A stretch of DNA of 64,000 nt from Catajapyx aquilonaris (taxonomy: Eukaryota), in NCBI GenBank assembly GCA_000934665.2, contig JYFJ02001872.1:1-64000 (forward strand). Direction: 5' to 3'. A program made the translations under genes and the position numbers. Positions 47,582 to 60,700 of the stretch are shown here, in pieces. Numbering within the stretch: position 1 is the first letter of the stretch; the number at the start of each line of letters is the position of its first letter. Under the pieces are notes generated by a model, which saw only the letters and a list, made by a program, of their open reading frames with translations, was not told the DNA's origin and did no database searches.

Positions 47582-50500
47582 ATGGGCTCCAGGATTCGGT
47601 AGGAAAATATGCTTGCAGGTTGCAGACGCAGCCAGTTGGATGGGAATTAGCATCTTATGAATATACTGAGGAAGCATATAATATAGGGAAGGGAGGGCTG
47701 GTTATAATGGAATGTGTGTTCCACACAGCTGTGGTGCTCAGTTTTATTGCTGCTCTCATTCTGCTGCAATATGGCATGTTCACTGTGCTGCCAATTATGT
47801 ATTTATTTAAATTATTCCATATCTAATTGTATGTGCCAGGATTTGCAGAGATGACATTGTAATTGAACTACTTTTCAGTACTGGTAGATTTCTTGAATAG
47901 TGCCAGCGTCACATATGGCAGGTGTTTTTTCAGAGGAAACTCTAATCATAATAAGTTGGATACTCATGTAGTACATGTGAAATTCAATGCAATACAGATC
48001 TAACAATTCCATAATATAATTACGTGCGCATTACATAATTACAGACGAAATTTCTTTGCTAATTAGACTGGATTTTTCAAGTGCTATGAATTAATTATCA
48101 GCATGATATCCGAGTTTGACACTGGAGCCTTGCTGTGGGGTCTTTTCGGACCCCAAAGGAATTTAAATGCATTAAAATTACAATTACAATGAACTGTTTG
48201 CCCATTTTTAAAGTATATAACTGGAAGTGCATGTTTATTTTGAATTAGCGATCAATTTAGGCATTGTTCAAAGAATGATTGTATATAGTCAATACCTTTA
48301 AAAGTATCATATAAAAATTAATAAAAATTAAAGTAGCCTATGGCGTGGGAACATAAAAGACCCCACGGCACGGTTAACGTAACTTTCAGGCACGGCACGG
48401 TTCCAGGGTAAAACTAGTTGCAGGTCTTTTTTAATGCAGTACTTCACTTGAAGTAAAGTATGCAAACAAGAGAAAATAATATACCATATAAGTGGTAATT
48501 CTTCTCCCAATATATTTCAGGCCTCGTGAGCAGGTGCGGAACTTGTTTGAGTGCTTTTGTGAGGTGGAGGCAGCAAAGTCATCCACAGAGATGCCTCGAA
48601 TTGTTAAAAAGTTCCCAGAAAGCTACAAACAACATGAAGTGCTCAAATCTGTCCCACAATTTTCTTTCCCATGCGAGTTCCCTAAGCCAAAGTGAGCTTT
48701 CATCTACTTAATACTGACATCTTCAATACTTTCAGTGTGTAACAAATTATTTCTTTTACTGTAGTGATGTGGTACAACATTTTTCATTTGTCCTCACTAA
48801 CATTGACTCAAAGTGGACATTTGGCTTCTGCCGCTTGGCCCCAGGGCCAGCAACAGCTCTGGTCATCCTCAGTTTCCTACCATGGCATGAAGTTTTTTAC
48901 AAGTGAGTCATCATAAGAATGCAGGGTTTCTGAAAAAATAGACTATGTTTGATGGAATGGGTGTGCATTTTTTGCAGGCTGCTGAACCAATTGGCAGAGC
49001 TTACTCAACCCAGGTCAGTGAGTCACCCAGATGTCAATCCAGTGTGGACCTTCCTGGAAGCCCTCAACCGTGTGTCTGTTCCTGAACCAGGGGGTACACT
49101 TCAGGTTCCATTTGAAAAAGAAGTTAAGGTGTGTTATTGTGTTTACTTGTAATTAAGAATTTTCACAAGCAATAAAAGTAAATTGTGCAGAACATTACAG
49201 TAACTTTTAACACTGTGTGCTCTGTGAAGGTAAATGTTGTAAGTCATGAGGTACATTATTAAATACTTTTGTTTAAAGACAACATCCAGAGCATTGATTG
49301 AGCAGTGTCCCAAAGTCAACAAGATCTCTTACGTGCTTGTTGTGGACAGAAATTCCCATTGCCACACTGTTGTGCAATCTTTTCCAAAATGGGATTCAAT
49401 GTTTTATGTTAAAAGTAATTCCAGTGTAAAAATTGCTTTAAATGGTTGTGTGCTTTCTTTGCAGATCTTTACATGTAACTGTCCAGATGAGTTTTCTTTA
49501 CCAAGTATACCAGAAAGTGTGAGTATATGATCCTATGTCGTTAATTTGGTCAAAAATTTTAATGTGGACTAAATAGGGGATTTTAAACATTTTATGCATT
49601 TTGACACAACTCCCAGGACATGTCATGTCACAAAACTCATTAGCTTTTTAAGAAGGGTGGAAAGGTTAAACGATGCTCCATGTCAGACAAACGTATTTTT
49701 CCAAGTAATCTCTGGAGAAAAACAATTTGAGCGACTATCATAGAGAAAGTTATTGATGGGCAGTCTGTAACTTCTACTTAAATAATATTTCTTTTCAGCG
49801 CAACTTGACCGAATACGTGAATGCCATTGAGGTGTCCAACATGCTGGCAATCTTTGCATCCCTCTTGTTTGAGCGTCGAATACTCGTGGTGTCAAGCCGC
49901 TTATCTCGCTTGAGCGCTTGTGTACAGGCTGCCAATGCTCTCCTGTACCCCATGCATTGGCAACACATCTTTATCCCAGTGCTTCCTGCAGCCCTGCAGG
50001 ATTATCTTCTTGCTCCAATGCCTTACTTGATTGGGGTACCATTACCAATCTGGAAGAGGGTTAGAAAGTCAGAGCTGGGTGATGTTGTCGTTGTTGATGC
50101 TGACAGGAATCGGGTAGACACCCCCTTCCAGGACGTTGAGAGTTTGCCTCCAGAAGTGGTTTGTAGTATATGTGCAAATGTTTCATGGATATCTAGTTTT
50201 GGTTGTGACTAGCTGACAGTTAGTTAAAAATATAACAATTACTTTACTTCCCATCGTGGCTTTTCCCTAAAGAAGGGTGCCGCAATAACAGGAAAGAGCA
50301 TAAACGCTTGCTTCCTCTATACCTCATACTGTCATACATAAAATCTAGAACACTCCTTAGGAGTGCCCAGAAAACAATAACAATGACAAGTATATCAGTA
50401 TGATATTGGAGAGGGGGCTAGAAAGAGGAAATGTGGGATGGAGGATCAGGAAGCAGGAGTGGGAGGGAGGGTAATAATTGATGAGAAGGATTCTGATGAA

Positions 50501-53500
50501 GTGTGTTATAAGGATGATGTAGAGTAGCAGTCGTCACCTTTTTTGTTATTGCTGAACCCTTCCTTTAATGATGGTGAAGCAGTGGCAAGAGCCACTTATA
50601 TAATGAGGCAGCTGTGTAGGGTATGTTTCGTTCACTTTCAAAATTCTCCTACCACCCAGACAGATATCCTGATCAACCTTGAGATGCCTGCCATTAGTTG
50701 TTATTAGCCTGCTTCTGAGAAATGATCTGAATCCATTTAAAAGGGCTTTATTTCTTGAAAGGTGGCATCATTTCGAAGACGTCTTCGCAGTCCTGACAGT
50801 CTCCTGAGGGATGGTGTGGCTCGAGCTTTTTTGAGAGCCCTGGTACAGCTTATAGGCGGGTACAGAGATGCGCTACGCTTCCATCAAGGAGCCAAGATCA
50901 CCTTTGACCAAGAGCTGTTTGTATTATCCAGGCCATCGAATCTCCAACCTTTTCTACGATCCATGTTACACCTCCAGATATTCCAGCAGGTAGGGTAGTC
51001 ATTCTTAGATGCACCACTTTCAGTACTAACATTTTATTCTTACAGTTTGTAGAGGAGCGACTGGATATTCTGAACTCAGGACAGGGCTTCTCTGATGAAT
51101 TTGAACTTGAGGCATACCGATACTCAGAGAAGGAAAGCTCAAAGTTAAAGCAGCAATATCGGGAATGGCTTAGTACAGTGAGGAAAGAAGGTGGAGCTTT
51201 TCTCAAAAATGTTAAAAACAAGGTAAGGGGTGATGACTTGATTGGTCTTGGCAGTTGGCATGGGTAGTGCACGTTTTTGCTAGGATGGGTTGTTGATATG
51301 TTTGCTTTTTTTGTTCTTGTTTGTTTTCTACTTTTTTTTCCCAGGCCAATCCTGCAGTCAAGTCAGCTGTTAAGACTGTAAGTGTGGCTTTTTGTTTGGG
51401 GACCTATATTGTTTAGACTACTGGAAAGTCACTTGTTTTGGACGTATTATGAATTATGATGTGCTACTGTAATTTTAGTATATTTTACAATGCATGGATT
51501 CAGTGAGCAAGATTTATTTTATGAGATTTTGTTGAGAGATTTTTACCTCCTGCTGCTGACTGACATTTTCATATTGCATTGAGAATACTCAGGCTTGTCA
51601 TTTATTAAATACAAGGGCTAATTGAAAAGTAATTTACAACTTTTTAAATTCCAACGCTTCATTACAGAAACTGATGCTGGCATGTACATATAAAAGGGCA
51701 AGGGTGGAATATTCGTCCCACTGCTAGTTACTTCTAACTTAGCATTACCATTGCAACACTGGTACACTGCTAAGTTAGCAGTAACTAGCAGTGGGACAAA
51801 AATACCACCCCAAGTCTTTCTCTAATTTAAGACATAGTCACCATCCACTTTGATGCACTTGTCTTACCGTACATTAGTTTTTCCATGCCCCTGCAGAAAA
51901 AGCGTCAGGTTGGCTGGGCAGGCAGCCTCTTTCACTTCCTTGATGTTGCTGAGGTCTTGAGAGGCCAGTACTTCTTTCTTGGCCCAAGATATGCGAGACC
52001 ATGGTTAAGACCATCATTTCGTACTAATGAAGAGGCACCTGGCCGATCAGCACTTCAGCAACATGGAGCAAGTGAAAGAAGCCATACGCCACTGGTTTCT
52101 CATCCAGCCTGACCCTTTTTTCTGCAGGGGCATGGTAAAACTAGTGTCCCAAATGCACCAAAGTGGATGGTGACTTTTTCTAAAAGTAGAGAAAGACTTG
52201 CCATTTCATATGTATATGTCAATTTCAGTTTCTGTAATGAAACTTTGGAATTTAAAAAGTTGTCAATTACTTTTCGATTAGCCCTTGTATTTTTGCCACT
52301 GTTCAGTTCATTCCTCAGGTGGTCTTGTTTGCTTTGTTGCTATTTCAGTAAATAAGGACGCATCGAGGTTGTTCCTAGATGCCAGCTGAGTATGTACTAT
52401 TGGCATGGAAATGGTTCGCACACTTGTCTGGACCATTTCTGTGTTGATAGTTGTGATTTTGTGAACAATATAGTACAGAGCTGGACATTTGTTTAGTGTA
52501 CATGAGATGATGTTGCACAGTAGTGCCAGCTTATTATAAACTGTCAACTGGACACAATATCCTAACTAGCGCTGCCAAGAGCTAATAACTCTTGGCGCTG
52601 CATGTTGCAGTTGATGCTTTAGCATTTAATAGGAGCAGCTAATTACACAAAATTGTAATTAGTTGACTTGATTGTATTTGTAACAATCCTGTCATACATA
52701 TGAACCATGAAACTGATCATACTCTCAAAGTGGGAGTTGTTATTTTTATTATAACCCATTTGGGGTTGTCACCAATATTGAGAAATGATGCCAAGGTGGG
52801 AGTTCATTTTTTATAATTTTCACTTGTTCAGATGAATTTTCAACTTATTACTGAATTTTGATCATGTCTTTTCCATGTTCATCGCACATGTAGGTAAAGG
52901 AGCGAGGCAAGTCAGCCTATAAGGACATCAAGTCAAGGTTCAAGGATCTGCACAGCCGAGATGAGTTTGATGCAGTCCCTTCCCATGACCCTATGCCCTT
53001 CGCCATGTCTAGTTCCAAACCCCACTCAGCTCCCTCCTCTCCCACTGTCAAGCAGAGGCCCCTCACAATAGCTACAACCTCTTATAGGAGGGAAGGGCCA
53101 CCTTTCAGGCCACCCAGACCTACTCACAGGTTAGAGAAAGTTCTTCTCACAATTCTTTTACCATTTCGTGAGTAAATATTGTGATTTACAACCAGTTAAG
53201 TGATCCACTATCAGGCGGATTTAGCACTTGTGGTAGTCTTAGATGTAGTACTTTGCAACTCATCCTTCAGCCAGTATTATATACAAGTGCTTGTTCTAGT
53301 TTAATTTTTCTGTGTTGCCATGTCGCATAGGTCAGATATGTTGTCCTGGAAAAACTGCTGCAAAATCAGTATCATTTTTTTCAGGTATTCAATTTTGTGC
53401 TTCCATTGAAACAACTTGCTAATACTGTTGTGTTATTATTTGTCTTGTGGCAGTCCTGGACATTACAATCCATTAGATGCTACCTCTCCTGGAACCCCTG

Positions 53501-56058
53501 GCAGTCCCGAGGGAGCATCCAGTGCGAGTGGTTCTGGATCTGAACTGCACCCTCCTTGCCTGAACCTCGACCTCATGAATGATATGCAGGACTTTCTCTT
53601 CAGGACAGTCCCCTCGTCTTCCTCCTCTGCTTCCTCACTGGGACCTCCTGTTGATCGATCCGTAAGTATTCGTTGCCTTGCTCATCAACCTCTCACATTT
53701 CCCCTTTTAATTATGTGTTTCTCTATCTTCATACAACTACACTGTTTGTCTTTGTTTATCAACCTATCAAAAGCACTTGTGTGTATTATTTATATGCACT
53801 GGGAACTAAGACTGGAAAGCTGCTTGATTGTCTAAAATGTAGAAATTCTTTCTGTACAGAGTTATAGGATGTAATAATTGTAATGTTAATAAAATTTTGT
53901 CTAATACATCTTCTATGGTCAAGTCGTCAGCTTTCTACTTTTATGGATGTTTGTATGTAATTTTTATTGAGCATTGGTCTCATGTTGTAGGCATGAGGTC
54001 TCTACACATATTATTTTGTGATGAGCTTTTTAGCATAAATAGGAAGCTGTTTTAGGGCACCTTCTGATGCAGTCCCTGAAAGACATTCAAACATGATTTA
54101 TTATTATGCCAATTGGCTATTATCATCATGTGATAAGGTAGTATGGTTGTTGAGGTAAAAACCAACTGCTCTCCAGTCTGAGGTTTCACAGACCACATAC
54201 GTCTTGCACTTTTTTCTTCTGTCCATTTCTTACTGCCTACATTGTTGTGCGGATGGTTGAGGGTGCTGGGGGGAAACCCCACCTCTTGCAGCTGAAACCC
54301 ACCCGAAGCTTCGACAGCTCCACCAGTAAGGATGCTTTTGGCCAGCGTCCCTTCCTTGCTGTGTCTACAGACACTCCTCTCTCATCCGAAGCCCTACTAC
54401 TGGCCCCTGCCCCTGAACCTACTGCCATTTCTTCTCCGTCTTCCCTCTCGCCAATCCCACCACCTTCTCCTCCTCCAAGACCCACCAGAAGACGGCAGGT
54501 GGGCAGCACTCATGATGGAATTTCTTCCAAGGTAAGGGCTTTTCTGTCTGGGCGCCTTAATTGTGATTTTGCCCTTTATTTTGAGCTTTTAGTGTTCCAC
54601 CGTGTAATACTTTCTCTCCTATTTTTTGTTCAGGAAAGGACTGGTACGTCACACGTAAATATTGTGGTGTCCCTGTCGAGTTGACTCGCGTGTGGCTTGC
54701 ATGACTTGTGTGTAGACGTGCTTGAACTTACCTCATGTACATTTTAAATTCCGATAGATTAGAGGAGTATTTCATAGCCAGCTTATGAAAAGAGAATGTA
54801 AGTTACATAACAGTTAGGCTGGGTTGCAGCGTGGGGATTTTTCTAGAAACCTGGTGTTACCATTGCAATTAATTGTTGCTTAACAAATCATAACAATAGT
54901 AATCATGGGGTTTCGAGTGAAACTCTCGATGGTGCAGCCCAGCCTTAGAGTTAGTGGAGTGTTGAAAATTGTGATTCAATAAAGCAGTTGATAATGACTT
55001 CACCTATTTATATGTAGGTGAGCTCTTATTATGTGTAATACTGAACAAAAGTCACTAAAAACTGCAGATCTAATGTAAGAATTAAAGCTTAAAATTTTTT
55101 ACAGAAGTATCAAGTCAAATGTTGTAAAGTTGTGTGCAAGGTAATAAGTGGTACAAGCTTTGAGCCACTGATGTATTCTGCATGTTTTCAAGACTCCAGC
55201 TCACTGGAAAAGGACTAAGAAGCTTATTGCAACTAAAATTGGTTTTGAGCAGGACAACTTGTGTAGATCAGTTTGCATATTGCAAGTAAGAATAAATTAA
55301 GGAGTTCTGCTGTACCTGACCCAGAGGCATTTACTTGGCTACTGTGCAAAGCGACAAGACCCTGAAATCAAACAAAACAAGAAAAATAGTAGCTCAGAAC
55401 AAGGCTTTATGTATTTTTAAAATTGGTATACTGCACAGTACCAGTAAAATTCATGGAATGTAAAGGACGGTTATTGACAGTGCCAACCTGCACGTGTTTC
55501 ATGAGTTGTGGTACATGTACCCCAGCCTACAGGTAGCTCCTTCCATGCTAGGCCAGTACTATATCTGGTTCTAGTACTGGGGCCTTCATTGGATTGAAAC
55601 TGCCCAGTGTTAATTTACCTGTTAAATGTGTAGTGTAGTAATGCTTATGTGTGCAAACATGCCTGCAGGAGCACACAGTGACCACAGGCGACCTGATTCG
55701 CCTGGATTCAAGCTCAGCAGAGGAGGAATTCGACCCACTCCATCCAAGCAGGCGGCGCCCTTCGGAACCATCAAGCAGCTTGAGGGTCAACCCAGCATAC
55801 GACCTGCACCTGGTTCCACCCAGGGCCCACTCCACTCAGCCTTACTCCAAGGGCGATGCAGACCTGCTGAGGGAGTACGGGCTGGACTTCAGCCAACTCC
55901 ACCTATCCGGACCAAGCGGAAGTCACGTGGAGGCAACAACCAATGGGGCAGGAGTCAAGGTGCGTCAGCCAGCACAACTGGACCCATTTGCACAGTTGGT
56001 CGACTTGACCGAAGCAAGGAAGGGTTTGCACAAAACCAACTGGACAACATTTGATTGA
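47582..56058 (+). CDS. DENND1A: DENN domain-containing protein 1 (connecdenn, Rab35 GEF)
   Basis: Exons at about 47582-47598 (MGSRIR), 48521-48691, 48765-48902, 48978-49128, 49465-49518, 49799-50158, 50762-50989, 51046-51222, 51345-51377, 52894-53129, 53454-53660, 54292-54531 and 55669-56058. Motifs: QHFSFVLTNIDSKWTFGFCR, LPSIPESRNLTEY, LLYPMHWQHIFIPVLP..DYLLAPMPYLIGV, ANPAVKSAVK. The tail carries DLIRL, DPF and a terminal WTTFD, consistent with clathrin/AP-2 binding. Confidence 0.95.
48120..48408. mobile_element. Degenerate piggyBac-like MITE
   Basis: ttga|CACTGGAGCCTTGCTGTGGGGTCTTT versus AAAGACCCCACGGCACGGTT..CACGGCACGGTTCCAGGG|taaa. Bipartite inverted repeats with TTAA-like flanks. Confidence 0.55.
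50266..50568. mobile_element. Degenerate inverted-repeat element
   Basis: TAAAGAAGGGTGCCGCAATAACA versus TGTTATTGCTGAACCCTTCCTTTAA. Confidence 0.45.
51612..52287. mobile_element. Second mariner-derived fold-back element (two inverted 3' ends)
   Basis: TA|CAAGGGCTAATTGAAAAGTAAT ... ATTACTTTTCGATTAGCCCTTG|TA. The interior encodes a mariner C-terminal relic MKRHLADQHFSNMEQVKEAIRHWFLIQPDPFFCRGMVKLV, with an inverted counterpart in the left arm. Confidence 0.88.
51702..51810. mobile_element. Hairpin MITE nested in the mariner fold-back, with a 3-bp TSD
   Basis: CAA|GGGTGGAAT..GTCCCACTGCTAGTTAC ... GTAACTAGCAGTGGGAC..ATACCACCC|CAA. The opposite arm shows the empty site (tagagaaagacttgcc). Confidence 0.88.
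54817..54944. mobile_element. PIF/Harbinger-type MITE
   Basis: TTA|GGCTGGGTTGCA ... TGCAGCCCAGCC|TTA, with further imperfect internal pairing. Confidence 0.75.
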
Positions 56059-57761
56059 AGTTCCAGTGAAATCAAGTGCTTAGGGGAAATTGTTTTTGTT
56101 GTTTTGTTGTTTATGGGTGTGGGTGGTGGTACGATGAGATCGGGGGTGGGAAGGGGGGGGGTCGGGTGTATTGTTGTGATGAAGTTATTAAGCCAAAGGT
56201 ACTCCATATTTGGTTGTCATGTATGCTATTTACAAGCACCGGCTGTAATATTTCCATTAATGGTTTATCATGAGCTGTTACTGCAGGCCTCTATTTTCCA
56301 TTCTTGTGGTCACCTGAAGATCGGAACAAGCGAGCTTGTTATTGACGAAATTAAGAATTGAGTCAAAAAAAGGTCAACAACCATTAGAAGTCCAATGTGC
56401 GAATGTGAAGGAATTTATCGTAAATTTATTGAAGAAAAAGTATTTTTGTAAGAATGTACCATTTAAAAAAAAGATTTTCCTCAGAACTACTGTATAACAC
56501 ACAATGTACTCAAAGCTTGTCATATGTAAGTACAGGCTTGATTTAGTTGCCAATGCGATATGGTTATGCCTACAGCATGCCATGCAATTTAATTTTTTTT
56601 GCATTCTGTGACAAAAGTGTGAAGCACAATATGTGGTCACATATACATAAGTATAAGAAGTTTATGTCTCAAAGTTTATCCAACTATACTTTCAAGATTT
56701 CCTAGGCTGGACCAGCTTGGAAAGAATTTGAAGGCTTGTTATGATTATTTCAGAGTATTACGTAACTGATATGTTATAAATATTATATTGTTTTATCACT
56801 GAGTGATAATAGACTTGAATCAAATATTCAAGGTTCTAGGGGTTAATGAATTTTTAATGGACCACTGCAAATTACATTTGTGTTGAAAACTAACTTGCTT
56901 CATAGATATACCGGTGACAAAGTGCAACGCACAGCAAACTGACATGGTTTGATTAGTTGTGGTAAAGAAGCATTTACTTCCGGCACCTTGAGAGTAATTT
57001 GCAGTGGTATGTGAAGGGGTTGCACTGCAGTGTACAAGTCAGCATAATTTGGACACCAATTTTCAAAGTAGGTAAGGTATGCAGTGATTTGAGGTGATTA
57101 TGGATAATTGCAAAATACTACCTCAAGACAACTATACTTACGTTACCAGAATTGACAACAGTAGTGTGGCTACATTTCATATGGATTCTTTAGAGAAAGG
57201 TCTATGATTTATGAAAGTTGGGAATGTTGCAGGATACTCGCTGAAGCATTCACGCAAATTTATTTTTATTGGTGAAAATATTGAGGGGGCCTTCACATTC
57301 CTTTTGTGTGGTAATTTCTAAAAGTGATGAAGAGTTGAACTCTTAAATTATTCCAAATCTATTTCATGAGTGGTGCTGGACACAAAATTCATTATATTGC
57401 TCATATACCATGCATGAGTTTGAAAGAAAGGTACACATGTCTCCTTCCATGTTATGAAACCTGTGACTGTGGTAACTTGTTACTTCCTCATAAAAAGATG
57501 ATGTGGTGCTGCAATGTCATGGTGATACCATAGAGCTGCTTTTGTATACATATCCCTGTGAACTCCCTGAGTTGTCTTTCCTGGAGTGACCACAAGTTTT
57601 CATTTTCCAAACCCTCTTTATTTCATGACATAGCTCTTATTCCGTCATGTAAAAACCCTCTTTCTACCAAAACTGCCCTTCAGAATTCCATTCATCTTCC
57701 CTTCCTGAGCAAGTTAATGAAAACAGATTGCTATAAAACAGTGTATTATTTTTCCATAGTC

Positions 57762-60700
57762 TTAGAAGGCCTTCAGTGCTTCCATTGCTCTAGATATCCT
57801 GGCCAATTCTCCATCCAATTGTGTTGCCTTCTCTGAATTTGCTTTGCGAACTTCCTCAGGCACCTTCGTCTCATAGTCTGCCACCTGCATTGCTTGTAAA
57901 AGCCGTCCCAGTTGTGAATCTAGCTGTTCCTTCTTGCGCTCCAGCTTCTGCTGTTCCTTCGCTGCATCAACCAATCCCTGGAAATTTTCCATTGTTTACT
58001 AGAACTAACTTAAGAGGACACAATTTACTAACCTGCAGTAATAGATGAACTTCACACTTATCTGATACAGTGACAACAGCACACCCTCCTGGAGGGTTGG
58101 CAGTGACTTCAACCTTTCCGCATGATGCAAGTGTTGCTATTGTCCCAGCATATTCATTGACAATTGATGTTGTCAACTTGTCAGAGCAGCACAGAAACAC
58201 TGTGAAGGTGGGATAAAACAAAGTGCAACAGTTCTAATGCAATGCTACTTCCCACAGGATTGCATATAATATTCATAATCCTCCTAATTGGCATTGATAC
58301 AACTGGAGTTAATTGTTCCATACATTAGGTTACTAGCTTCATTGTGTACTTACGATCAGTTTTCACTTTGTTTGGCAGCACATAATCAGATTTGGTGGAC
58401 CGAACAGTGTGAACAATCTTCTGAACAAACTCGACCTCTTGTTCAATGTTCGCATCACTCCAGTGATACTGTTGGAAAAGTAAAGACTTAAAATTGACCC
58501 CTCTAACAAGGCATATGTGCCTACCTGGGTCTCCTCTGGATACTCTGCAACACCTATGCTGTTGGCTGCTTTATCACGTGGTAGCCGTTGATACAGCTCC
58601 TCACTCAGGAAGGGCATAAATGGGGATATGAGCCTAAGACCCACGTCAAGGCAGATCCAAAGCACGTTGGACTCGAGAGTTGTATCGGCCCCTGATTGGA
58701 AGTGAGGCTTAAGGTACTCCAGGTACACATCACACAGCTCATACAACCAGAAGTTGTAACAGGCAGTGGTTGCTGCATTCAGATCATAGGCTGAAAACCC
58801 TTCATTGCAGGTGCGCACAGCCTCACTCAGCCTGCTCAATATCCACCGGTCCATTTTGGTCAGCTTGGAATTTAGGCCAGAATTGGACAGGTTTGCTTCC
58901 ATATTCCGCTTCCAGCGAGCTAGGTGTGGCAGATGATCCACTGGTAAGTTTCCAATGGACAAGAAGGTGTCCGAGTCCAGTTTGGATGCTGTCCATCCCT
59001 GCAGGTAGCTCTGTTCTGCCAACTTATCATTCAGGTTCTTGAGCTCACTTTCAGTTACATGGCCGCTGGTTTCCTGTGATGCTGTTATGTGTTTAGAGTT
59101 GGGGCAGAAAGAAGGAGGCAGTACTGAGAGAGCAAAGCGAGTTGCATTCCAGAGCTTGTTGCAGAAGAAACGGTAACCTTGTACACGCAAGACGTCCAAG
59201 TTGATGTCACGTCCTGTTAGAGGTAAGATGGAAAGTGACCTTCAGAAATGCATTTTGTAAATAAAACTTTACATAAGGATCCACATCCTAGCATAAAATA
59301 TGACACCTACCTTGCGAGGTAATAATAATAATAATTAATAATTGATACCCCATTATCAGCCCATTGGGCTTTATTAGGGGGGGATTTCTCCCAATTTTTT
59401 GTCGGGAACTCTTTCCATTTTTACTATACTTTTTCATCGGAATTGAGGCAAGGATAGGTAAGGAAGGAAGCGGCTGTGGCCTATAGCTACCTTGCGAGGT
59501 GTATGCACAGAGGGCAAATCGAAGTGCATCACTGCCACATTCTGGGATACCATTAGGGTAGTCCTGCTTCTGACCTTCCATTGCCCTTTTCACTTCAGTA
59601 GGATCCAGGTTTCCACCTTGCAGCTGGGCATGTAATCCCTGCCAGACATGACAATGTTAGCATGAGAATCTAATTTTGAACACCTGTGGTCACACTCACT
59701 TCTAAGGAAATTCCTGTGATGACATCCAGAGGATCAATGATGTTTCCCAGTGATTTACTCATCTTTCGCCCATGGGCATCTCGTACCATAGCATGGAGAT
59801 ATACCTCTCTGGAATTGCAGCCAAGTTACCAAGGAAGTCATGTTGAAATCAATACGAGTGGGTAAATGCTCACTTGAAAGGCAGTTGTCCCATAAGTTTC
59901 TGTCCAAAGAAGACCATTCTTGCAACCCAAAAGAAAATTATATCATGCCCTGTCTCAAGAAGAGTCCCAGGGTAGAAAGCTTTCAGGTCTTCCGTCTAAA
60001 TGGCAAATATTATTCAGATTTAATAGGCTGTCATGATAGTAATTCATAAAACAAATGGTAGATACCTGCTCAGGCCATCCCAAAGTTGAAAAGGGGAAGA
60101 GACCTGAGGAAAACCAAGTATCCAGTACATCACCATCCTGCTTGAGACTGATCTTGTCTGGAGACACTCCAAATTTAGCTGCAGCCTCTGTCTTGGCTTC
60201 CTCTTCTGTGTGCCCACTAACCCAGTACTTGTTGTCAAGTTCCTGTGAGAGATCCAGCATTTAATATTACATCATGCTTGCCAGCAGCAGTACTTACATT
60301 TCCTGCAGGAACTGAAGGGTCATTCACAGTGACAAAGTAAGCAGGGATGCGATGGCCCCACCACAGCTGACGTGAGATACACCAGTCCCTACGAATAAAA
60401 GTAGAGAAAGATTGGAGGAAGAATGCACCTCTATACTGTATTGACATAAGATCTCCATTGACATTTTTTGCTGAATATTTTGACACTCCTTACCTATACC
60501 GTGCATAAGAATTATTCTGCTTCTGCGCTTGTAGAACTCATGGGTAAAAGCAATGAAAAACCGAACGCACCTGATGTTCTCCATCCAGTGAAACCAGGTC
60601 TTTTTGTGAGTGTCAGGAATAATTCGAAGTTCTCCTGATTGGACTGCTTGGATGGCATTGGCAGCCAAATCATCACAGCGAACATACCTGCAAGTATATG

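Noticed and set aside
47105..47677. 190-aa minus-strand ORF and overlapping ORFs in the ZDHHC/DENND1 spacer
   Set aside because: GC-rich promoter/5' UTR sequence antisense to DENND1 exon 1, with no protein-like features.
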